A stretch of 64,000 nucleotides of DNA from Paraphysomonas bandaiensis (lineage: Eukaryota; Protista; Chrysophyceae): NCBI GenBank assembly GCA_965644295.1, contig CBFFRP010000565.1, positions 35,953 through 99,952 on the forward strand, written 5' to 3'. Positions within the stretch are counted from its first letter, which is position 1. Every line of letters starts with the position of its first letter. The translations under genes were made by a program, and so were the position numbers. Below are positions 52,501-64,000 of this stretch, one piece after another. The notes beneath the pieces were generated by a model that was not told the origin of the DNA, did not search any database, and saw only the letters and a program-made list of their open reading frames with translations.

Positions 52501-55500
52501 ACTGTCAATCCAGAATCTAATACGGATGAACCACCAGTAACCTTCAAACCACCCGTCATTACAGTAGAGCCACCAGTTACAGTGAAACCATCAGTGAAAA
52601 CACTAGAACCACCAGTAACAGTAAAACCAGCATCTAATACGGATGAACCACCAGTAACCTTCAAACCACCGGTCATTACAGTAGAACCGCCAGTTACTGT
52701 CAATCCAGCATCTAATACGGATGAACCACCAGTAACCTTCAAACCACCCGTCATTACAGTAGAGCCACCAGTTACTGTCAATCCAGCATCTAATACGGAT
52801 GAACCACCAGTAACCTTCAAACCACCGGTCATAACAGTAGAACCACCAGTTACAGTGAAACCATCAGTGAAAACACTAGAACCGCCAGTTACTGTCAATC
52901 CAGCATCTAATACGGATGAACCACCAGTAACCTTCAAACCACCCGTCATTACAGTAGAACCGCCAGTTACTGTCAATCCAGCATCTAATACGGATGAACC
53001 ACCAGTAACCTTCAAACCACCCGTCATTACAGTAGAACCGCCAGTTACTGTCAATCCAGCATCTAATACGGATGAACCACCAGTAACCTTCAAACCACCC
53101 GTCATTACAGTAGAGCCACCAGTTACAGTGAAACCATCAGTGAAAACACTAGAACCACCAGTAACAGTAAAACCAGCATCTAATACGGATGAACCACCAG
53201 TAACCTTCAAACCACCCGTCATTACAGTAGAACCACCAGTTACTGTCAATCCAGAATCTAATACGGATGAACCACCAGTAACCTTCAAACCACCCGTCAT
53301 TACAGTAGAACCACCAGTTACAGTGAAACCATCAGTGAAAACACTAGAACCGCCAGTTACTGTCAATCCAGCATCTAATACGGATGAACCACCAGTAACC
53401 TTCAAACCACCCGTCATTACAGTAGAGCCACCAGTTACAGTGAAACCATCAGTGAAAACACTAGAACCACCAGTTACTGTCAATCCAGCATCTAATACGG
53501 ATGAACCACCAGTAACCTTCAAACCACCCGTCATTACAGTAGAGCCACCAGTAACTGTGAAACCATCAGTGAAAACACTAGAACCGCCAGTTACTGTCAA
53601 TCCAGCATCTAATACGGATGAACCACCAGTAACCTTCAAACCACCCGTCATTACAGTAGAGCCACCAGTAACTGTGAAACCATCAGTGAAAACACTAGAA
53701 CCGCCAGTTACTGTCAATCCAGCATCTAATACGGATGAACCACCAGTAACCTTCAAACCACCCGTCATTACAGTAGAACCACCAGTTACAGTGAAACCAT
53801 CAGTGAAAACACTAGAACCACCAGTTACTGTCAATCCAGCATCTAATACGGATGAACCACCAGTAACCTTCAAACCACCCGTCATTACAGTAGAACCACC
53901 AGTTACTGTCAATCCAGCATCTAATACGGATGAACCACCAGTAACCTTCAAACCACCCGTCATTACAGTAGAACCACCAGTTACAGTGAAACCATCAGTG
54001 AAAACACTAGAACCGCCAGTTACTGTCAATCCAGCATCTAATACGGATGAACCACCAGTAACCTTCAAACCACCCGTCATTACAGTAGAACCACCAGTTA
54101 CTGTCAATCCAGCATCTAATACGGATGAACCACCAGTAACCTTCAAACCACCCGTCATTACAGTAGAGCCACCAGTAACTGTGAAACCATCAGTGAATAC
54201 ACTAGAACCGCCAGTTACTGTCAATCCAGCATCTAATACGGATGAACCACCAGTAACCTTCAAACCACCCGTCATTACAGTAGAACCACCAGTTACTGTC
54301 AATCCAGAATCTAATACGGATGAACCACCAGTAACCTTCAAACCACCCGTCATTACAGTAGAACCACCAGTAACTGTGAAACCATCAGTGAAAACACTAG
54401 AACCGCCAGTTACTGTCAATCCAGCATCTAATACGGATGAACCACCAGTAACCTTCAAACCACCGGTCATTACAGTAGAGCCACCAGTAACTGTGAAACC
54501 ATCAGTGAAAACACTAGAACCGCCAGTTACTGTCAATCCAGTATCTAATACGGATGAACCACCAGTAACCTTCAAACCACCCGTCATTACAGTAGAACCA
54601 CCAGTAACTGTGAAACCATCAGTGAAAACACTAGAACCGCCAGTTACTGTCAATCCAGCATCTAATACGGATGAACCACCAGTAACCTTCAAACCACCCG
54701 TCATTACAGTAGAACCACCAGTTACTGTCAATCCAGCATCTAATACGGATGAACCACCAGTAACCTTCAAACCACCCGTCATTACAGTAGAGCCACCAGT
54801 AACTGTGAAACCATCAGTGAATACACTAGAACCGCCAGTTACTGTCAATCCAGCATCTAATACGGATGAACCACCAGTAACCTTCAAACCACCCGTCATT
54901 ACAGTAGAACCACCAGTTACTGTCAATCCAGCATCTAATACGGATGAACCACCAGTAACCTTCAAACCACCCGTCATTACAGTAGAACCACCAGTAACTG
55001 TGAAACCATCAGTGAAAACACTAGAACCGCCAGTTACTGTCAATCCAGCATCTAATACGGATGAACCACCAGTAACCTTCAAACCACCGGTCATTACAGT
55101 AGAGCCACCAGTAACTGTGAAACCATCAGTGAAAACACTAGAACCGCCAGTTACTGTCAATCCAGTATCTAATACGGATGAACCACCAGTAACCTTCAAA
55201 CCACCCGTCATTACAGTAGAACCACCAGTTACAGTGAAACCATCAGTGAAAACACTAGAACCGCCAGTTACTGTCAATCCAGCATCTAATACGGATGAAC
55301 CACCAGTAACCTTCAAACCACCCGTCATTACAGTAGAACCACCAGTTACTGTCAATCCAGCATCTAATACGGATGAACCACCAGTAACCTTCAAACCACC
55401 CGTCATTACAGTAGAACCACCAGTAACTGTGAAACCATCAGTGAAAACACTAGAACCGCCAGTTACTGTCAATCCAGCATCTAATACGGATGAACCACCA

Positions 55501-58500
55501 GTAACCTTCACACCACCGGTCATTACAGTAGAGCCACCAGTAACTGTGAAACCATCAGTGAAAACACTAGAACCGCCAGTTACTGTCAATCCAGCATCTA
55601 ATACGGATGAACCACCAGTAACCTTCAAACCACCCGTCATTACAGTAGAGCCACCAGTAACTGTGAAACCATCATTGAAAACACTAGAACCGCCAGTTAC
55701 TGTCAATCCAGCATCTAATACGGATGAACCACCAGTAACCTTCAAACCACCCGTCATTACAGTAGAACCACCAGTTACTGTCAATCCAGCATCTAATACG
55801 GATGAACCACCAGTAACCTTCAAACCACCCGTCATTACAGTAGAGCCACCAGTAACTGTGAAACCATCAGTGAATACACTAGAACCGCCAGTTACTGTCA
55901 ATCCAGCATCTAATACGGATGAACCACCAGTAACCTTCAAACCACCCGTCATTACAGTAGAACCACCAGTTACTGTCAATCCAGCATCTAATACGGATGA
56001 ACCACCAGTAACCTTCAAACCACCCGTCATTACAGTAGAACCACCAGTAACTGTGAAACCATCAGTGAAACAACTAGAACCGCCAGTTACTGTCAATCCA
56101 GCATCTAATACGGATGAACCACCAGTAACCTTCAAACCACCGGTCATTACAGTAGAGCCACCAGTAACTGTGAAACCATCAGTGAAAACACTAGAACCGC
56201 CAGTTACTGTCAATCCAGTATCTAATACGGATGAACCACCAGTAACCTTCAAACCACCCGTCATTACAGTAGAACCACCAGTTACAGTGAAACCATCAGT
56301 GAAAACACTAGAACCGCCAGTTACTGTCAATCCAGCATCTAATACGGATGAACCACCAGTAACCTTCAAACCACCCGTCATTACAGTAGAACCACCAGTT
56401 ACTGTCAATCCAGCATCTAATACGGATGAACCACCAGTAACCTTCAAACCACCGGTCATTACAGTAGAACCACCAGTAACTGTGAAACCATCAGTGAAAA
56501 CACTAGAACCGCCAGTTACTGTCAATCCAGCATCTAATACGGATGAACCACCAGTAACCTTCAAACCACCGGTCATTACAGTAGAGCCACCAGTTACAGT
56601 GAAACCATCAGTGAAAACACTAGAACCGCCAGTTACTGTCAATCCAGTATCTAATACGGATGAACCACCAATAACCTTCAAACCACCCGTCATTACAGTA
56701 GAACCACCAGTAACTGTGAAACCATCAGTGAAAACACTAGAACCGCCAGTTACTGTCAATCCAGCATCTAATACGGATGAACCACCAGTAACCTTCAAAC
56801 CACCCGTCATTACAGTAGAACCACCAGTTACTGTCAATCCAGCATCTAATACGGATGAACCACCAGTAACCTTCAAACCACCCGTCATTACAGTAGAGCC
56901 ACCAGTAACTGTGAAACCATCAGTGACAACACTAGAACCGCCAGTTACTGTCAATCCAGCATCTAATACGGATGAACCACCAGTAACCTTCAAACCACCC
57001 GTCATTACAGTAGAACCACCAGTTACTGTCAATCCAGCATCTAATACGGATGAACCACCAGTAACCTTCAAACCACCGGTCATTACAGTAGAACCACCAG
57101 TAACTGTGAAACCATCAGTGAAAACACTAGAACCGCCAGTTACTGTCAATCCAGCATCTAATACGGATGAACCACCAGTAACCTTCAAACCACCGGTCAT
57201 TACAGTAGAGCCACCAGTTACAGTGAAACCATCAGTGAAAACACTAGAACCGCCAGTTACTGTCAATCCAGTATCTAATACGGATGAACCACCAGTAACC
57301 TTCAAACCACCCGTCATTACAGTAGAACCACCAGTAACTGTGAAACCATCAGTGAAAACACTAGAACCGCCAGTTACTGTCAATCCAGCATCTAATACGG
57401 ATGAACCACCAGTAACCTTCAAACCACCCGTCATTACAGTAGAACCACCAGTTACAGTGAAACCATCAGTGAAAACACTAGTACCGCCAGTTACTGTCAA
57501 TCCAGAATCTAATACGGATGAACCACCAGTAACCTTCAAACCACCGGTCATTACAGTAGAGCCACCAGTTACAGTGAAACCATCGGTGAAAACACTAGAA
57601 CCGCCAGTTACTGTCAATCCAGAATCTAATACGGATGAACCACCAGTAACCTTCAAACCACCCGTCATTACAGTAGAACCACCAGTTACAGTGAAACCAT
57701 CAGTGAAAACACTAGAACCGCCAGTTACTGTCAATCCAGCATCTAATACGGATGAACCACCAGTAACCTTCAAACCACCCATCATTACAGTAGAACCACC
57801 AGTTACTGTCAATCCAGCATCTAATACGGATGAACCACCAGTAACCTTCAAACCACCGGTCATTACAGTAGAACCACCAGTTACAGTGAAACCATCAGTG
57901 AAAACACTAGAACCGCCAGTTACTGTCAATCCAGCATCTAATACGGATGAACCACCAGTAACCTTCAAACCACCCGTCATTACAGTAGAGCCACCAGTTA
58001 CTGTCAATCCAGCATCTAACACAGATGAACCACCAGTAACCTTCAAACCACCCGTCATTACAGTAGAACCACCAGTTACAGTGAAACCATCAGTGAAAAC
58101 ACTAGAACCGCCAGTTACTGTCAATCCAGCATCTAATACGGATGAACCACCAGTAACCTTCAAACCACCGGTCATTACAGTAGAACCACCAGTTACAGTG
58201 AAACCATCAGTGAAAACACTAGAACCGCCAGTTACTGTCAATCCAGCATCTAATACGGATGAACCACCAGTAACCTTCAAACCACCCGTCATTACAGTAG
58301 AGCCACCAGTTACTGTCAATCCAGCATCTAATACGGATGAACCACCAGTAACCTTCAAACCACCGGTCATTACAGTAGAACCACCAGTTACAGTGAAACC
58401 ATCAGTGAAAACACTAGAACCGCCAGTTACTGTCAATCCAGCATCTAATACGGATGAACCACCAGTAACCTTCAAACCACCCGTCATTACAGTAGAGCCA

Positions 58501-61500
58501 CCAGTTACTGTCAATCCAGCATCTAACACAGATGAACCACCAGTAACCTTCAAACCACCCGTCATTACAGTAGAACCACCAGTTACAGTGAAACCATCAG
58601 TGAAAACACTAGAACCGCCAGTTACTGTCAATCCAGCATCTAATACGGATGAACCACCAGTAACCTTCAAACCACCGGTCATTACAGTAGAACCACCAGT
58701 TACAGTGAAACCGTCAGTGAAAACACTAGAACCACCAGTTACTGTCAATCCAGCATCTAATACGGATGAACCACCAGTAACCTTCAAACCACCCGTCATT
58801 ACAGTAGAACCGCCAGTTACTGTCAATCCAGCATCTAATACGGATGAACCACCAGTAACCTTCAAACCACCGGTCATTACAGTAGAACCACCAGTTACAG
58901 TGAAACCGTCAGTGAAAACACTAGAACCACCAGTTACTGTCAATCCAGCATCTAATACGGATGAACCACCAGTAACCTTCAAACCACCCGTCATTACAGT
59001 AGAACCACCAGTTACTGTCAATCCAGAATCTAACACAGATGAACCACCAGTAACCTTCAAACCACCCGTCATTACAGTAGAGCCACCAGTTACAGTGAAA
59101 CCATCAGTGAAAACACTAGAACCGCCAGTTACTGTCAATCCAGCATCTAATACGGATGAACCACCAGTAACCTTCAAACCACCCATCATTACAGTAGAAC
59201 CACCAGTTACAGTGAAACCATCAGTGAAAACACTAGAACCGCCAGTTACTGTCAATCCAGCATCTAATACGGATGAACCACCAGTAACCTTCAAACCACC
59301 GGTCATTACAGTAGAACCACCAGTTACAGTGAAACCATCAGTGAAAACACTAGAACCGCCAGTTACTGTCAATCCAGCATCTAATACGGATGAACCACCA
59401 GTAACCTTCAAACCACCCGTCATTACAGTAGAACCACCAGTTACTGTCAATCCAGAATCTAACACAGATGAACCACCAGTAACCTTCAAACCACCCGTCA
59501 TTACAGTAGAGCCACCAGTTACAGTGAAACCATCAGTGAAAACACTAGAACCGCCAGTTACTGTCAATCCAGCATCTAATACGGATGAACCACCAGTAAC
59601 CTTCAAACCACCCATCATTACAGTAGAACCACCAGTTACAGTGAAACCATCAGTGAAAACACTAGAACCGCCAGTTACTGTCAATCCAGCATCTAATACG
59701 GATGAACCACCAGTAACCTTCAAACCACCCATCATTACAGTAGAACCACCAGTTACAGTGAAACCATCAGTGAAAACACTAGAACCGCCAGTTACTGTCA
59801 ATCCAGCATCTAATACGGATGAACCACCAGTAACCTTCAAACCACCCGTCATTACAGTAGAACCACCAGTTACTGTCAATCCAGAATCTAACACAGATGA
59901 ACCACCAGTAACCTTCAAACCACCCGTCATTACAGTAGAGCCACCAGTTACAGTGAAACCATCAGTGAAAACACTAGAACCGCCAGTTACTGTCAATCCA
60001 GCATCTAATACGGATGAACCACCAGTAACCTTCAAACCACCCATCATTACAGTAGAACCACCAGTTACAGTGAAACCATCAGTGAAAACACTAGAACCGC
60101 CAGTTACTGTCAATCCAGCATCTAATACGGATGAACCACCAGTAACCTTCAAACCACCGGTCATTACAGTAGAACCACCAGTTACAGTGAAACCGTCAGT
60201 GAAAACACTAGAACCACCAGTTACTGTCAATCCAGCATCTAATACGGATGAACCACCAGTAACCTTCAAACCACCCGTCATTACAGTAGAACCGCCAGTT
60301 ACTGTCAATCCAGCATCTAATACGGATGAACCACCAGTAACCTTCAAACCACCGGTCATTACAGTAGAACCACCAGTTACAGTGAAACCGTCAGTGAAAA
60401 CACTAGAACCACCAGTTACTGTCAATCCAGCATCTAATACGGATGAACCACCAGTAACCTTCAAACCACCCGTCATTACAGTAGAACCACCAGTTACTGT
60501 CAATCCAGAATCTAACACAGATGAACCACCAGTAACCTTCAAACCACCCGTCATTACAGTAGAGCCACCAGTTACAGTGAAACCATCAGTGAAAACACTA
60601 GAACCGCCAGTTACTGTCAATCCAGCATCTAATACGGATGAACCACCAGTAACCTTCAAACCACCCATCATTACAGTAGAACCACCAGTTACAGTGAAAC
60701 CATCAGTGAAAACACTAGAACCGCCAGTTACTGTCAATCCAGCATCTAATACGGATGAACCACCAGTAACCTTCAAACCACCGGTCATTACAGTAGAACC
60801 ACCAGTTACAGTGAAACCATCAGTGAAAACACTAGAACCGCCAGTTACTGTCAATCCAGCATCTAATACGGATGAACCACCAGTAACCTTCAAACCACCC
60901 GTCATTACAGTAGAACCACCAGTTACAGTGAAACCATCGGTGAAAACACTAGAACCGCCAGTTACTGTCAATCCAGCATCTAATACGGATGAACCACCAG
61001 TAACCTTCAAACCACCGGTCATTACAGTAGAACCACCAGTTACAGTGAAACCATCAGTGAAAACACTAGAACCACCAGTAACTGTGAAACCATCATCTAA
61101 TACGGATGAACCACCAGTAACCTTCAAACCACCCATCATTACAGTAGAACCACCAGTTACAGTGAAACCATCAGTGAAAACACTAGAACCGCCAGTTACT
61201 GTCAATCCAGCATCCAATACGGATGAACCACCAGTTACAGTGAAACCATCAGTGAAAACACTAGAACCGCCAGTTACTGTCAATCCAGCATCTAACACAG
61301 ATGAACCACCAGTAACCTTCAAACCACCGGTCATTACAGTAGAACCACCAGTTACAGTGAAACCATCAGTGAAAACACTAGAACCGCCAGTTACTGTCAA
61401 TCCAGCATCTAATACGGATGAACCACCAGTAACCTTCAAACCACCCGTCATTACAGTAGAACCACCAGTAACTGTGAAACCATCATCTAATACGGATGAA

Positions 61501-64000
61501 CCACCAGTAACCTTCAAACCACCGGTCATTACAGTAGAACCACCAGTTACAGTGAAACCATCAGTGAAAACACTAGAACCGCCAGTTACTGTCAATCCAG
61601 CATCTAATACGGATGAACCACCAGTAACCTTCAAACCACCCGTCATTACAGTAGAACCACCAGTTACAGTGAAACCATCAGTGAAAACACTAGAACCGCC
61701 AGTTACTGTCAATCCAGCATCTAATACGGATGAACCACCAGTAACCTTCAAACCACCCGTCATTACAGTAGAGCCACCAGTTACAGTGAAACCATCAGTG
61801 AAAACACTAGGAACCGCCAGTTACTGTCAATCCAGCATCTAATACGGATGAACCACCAGTAACCTTCAAACCACCGGTCATTACAGTAGAACCACCAGTT
61901 ACAGTGAAACCATCAGTGAAAACACTAGAACCGCCAGTTACTGTCAATCCAGCATCTAATACGGATGAACCACCAGTAACCTTCAAACCACCCGTCATTA
62001 CAGTAGAACCACCAGTTACTGTCAATCCAGCATCCAATACGGATGAACCACCAGTAACCTTCAAACCACCCGTCATTACAGTAGAACCACCAGTAACTGT
62101 GAAACCATCATCTAATACGGATGAACCACCAGTAACCTTCAAACCACCGGTCATTACAGTAGAGCCACCAGTTACAGTGAAACCATCAGTGAAAACACTA
62201 GAACCGCCAGTTACTGTCAATCCAGCATCTAATACGGATGAACCACCAGTAACCTTCAAACCACCCGTCATTACAGTAGAACCACCAGTAACTGTGAAAC
62301 CATCAGTGAAAACACTAGAACCGCCAGTTACTGTCAATCCAGCATCTAATACGGATGAACCACCAGTAACCTTCAAACCACCGGTCATTACAGTAGAACC
62401 ACCAGTTACAGTGAAACCATCATCTAATACGGATGAACCACCAGTAACCTTCAAACCACCCGTCATTACAGAAGAACCACCAGTTACAGTGAAACCATCA
62501 GTGAAAACACTAGAACCGCCAGTTACTGTCAATCCAGCATCTAATACGGATGAACCACCAGTAACCTTCAAACCACCGGTCATTACAGTAGAACCACCAG
62601 TTACAGTGAAACCATCAGTGAAAACACTAGAACCGCCAGTTACTGTCAATCCAGCATCTAATACGGATGAACCACCAGTAACCTTCAAACCACCGGTCAT
62701 TACAGTAGAACCACCAGTTACAGTGAAACCATCAGTGAAAACACTAGAACCGCCAGTTACTGTCAATCCAGCATCTAATACGGATGAACCACCAGTAACC
62801 TTCAAACCACCCGTCATTACAGTAGAACCACCAGTAACTGTGAAACCATCATCTAATACGGATGAACCACCAGTAACCTTCAAACCACCGGTCATTACAG
62901 TAGAACCACCAGTTACAGTGAAACCATCAGTGAAAACACTAGAACCGCCAGTTACTGTCAATCCAGCATCTAATACGGATGAACCACCAGTAACCTTCAA
63001 ACCACCGGTCATTACAGTAGAACCACCAGTTACAGTGAAACCATCAGTGAAAACACTAGAACCGCCAGTTACTGTCAATCCAGCATCTAATACGGATGAA
63101 CCACCAGTAACCTTCAAACCACCGGTCATTACAGTAGAACCACCAGTTACAGTGAAACCATCAGTGAAAACACTAGAACCGCCAGTTACTGTCAATCCAG
63201 CATCTAATACGGATGAACCACCGGTAACCTTCAAACCACCCGTCATTACAGTAGAACCACCAGTAACTGCGAAACCATCATCTAATGCGGATGAACCACC
63301 AGTGACCTGCCAAACCACCGGTCATTACAGTAGAACCACCAGTTACGAGTGAAACCATCGAGTGAAAACGCTAGAACCGCCAGTTACTGTCAATCCAGCA
63401 TCTAATGCGGATGAGCCACCGGTTAACCTTCAAACCGCCGGTCATTACAGTAGAACCACCAGTTACAGTGAAACCATCAGTGAAAACACTAGAACCGCCA
63501 GTTACTGTCAATCCAGCATCTAATACGGATGAACCACCAGTAACCTTCAAACCACCCGTCATTACAGTAGAACCACCAGTAACTGTGAAACCATCATCTA
63601 ATAGCGGATGAACCACCAGTAACCTTCAAACCACCGGTCATTACAGTAGAACCACCAGTTACAGTGAAACCATCAGTGAAAACACTAGAACCACCAGTAA
63701 CTGTGAAACCATCATCTAATACGGATGAACCACCAGTAACCTTCAAACCACCCGTCATTACAGTAGAACCACCAGTTACAGTGAAACCATCAGTGAAAAC
63801 ACTAGAACCGCCAGTTACTGTCAATCCAGCATCTAATACGGATGAACCACCAGTAACCTTCAAACCACCAGTCATTACAGTAGAACCACCAGTTACAGTG
63901 AAACCATCAGTGAAAACACTAGAACCGCCAGTTACAGTGAAACCAGCATCTAATACGGATGAACCACCAGTAACCTTCAAACCACCCGTCATTACAGTAG
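49599..64000 (-). CDS. Giant (>4,700 aa, N-terminus outside the window) G/T/V/S-rich 13-aa-repeat protein, predicted beta-helical fibre with a C-terminal coiled coil
   Basis: 4054-aa open frame 49599-61763 continues upstream past a few single-base indels (61810, 63300-63430, 63603). Units MTGGLKVTGGSSV / LDAGLTVTGGSSV / FTDGFTVTGGSTV. Unique C-terminus ...YYTGDHQQISRRLL...LTEENALLKKLVQDLINRVVVIEQK, then a stop. Confidence 0.85.
49840..64000. repeat. Coding minisatellite: 39-bp basic unit arranged in 117-bp and 78-bp higher-order repeats
   Basis: A continuous array of near-identical units over about 14.1 kb, running to the window end. Confidence 0.98.

Noticed and set aside
61805-63610. Frameshifts in the giant gene as programmed frameshifting or pseudogenisation
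   Set aside because: They are isolated single-base insertions clustered with substitutions near the window end (especially 63220-63440), which is more consistent with low-coverage read errors; needs read-level confirmation
49840-64000. CRISPR array or non-coding satellite
   Set aside because: No unique spacers; unit lengths are multiples of 3, substitutions are mostly synonymous or conservative, and the frame runs into a unique C-terminus, so it is a coding repeat

Overview
Eukaryotic nuclear DNA, probably from a stramenopile such as a chrysophyte. This is inferred from the many 45-60 bp GT-AG introns, the ubiquitin variant [15 protein letters not shown] and the style of the hAT remnants. 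About 11 protein-coding genes are recognisable: the 3' part of a SHIPPO/PG-repeat protein, a GRK-family kinase, a tandem-domain sulfotransferase, a PSP1-C protein, a Slo/BK-type K+ channel, a 7-unit polyubiquitin, a PKA-like kinase, a SLOG+SLATT+SLATT membrane protein, a PhyH-type dioxygenase, an unknown AsmA-like protein, and the 3' 14 kb of a giant 13-aa-repeat protein that runs off the window end. Intergenic DNA is full of hAT derivatives, MITEs, a LINE fragment and unclassified repeat families. Two items stand out. (1) An intron-containing gene at 33.5-37.4 kb has the architecture of prokaryotic nucleotide-sensing conflict effectors (TRPM/LSDAT-type SLOG fused to two SLATT 2-TM domains) plus a long helical repeat N-terminus. 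(2) A >4,700-aa Gly/Thr/Val/Ser repeat protein looks like a beta-helical fibre and ends in a coiled coil, as in viral tail fibres. All family calls come from motif recognition by eye; no database search was run.
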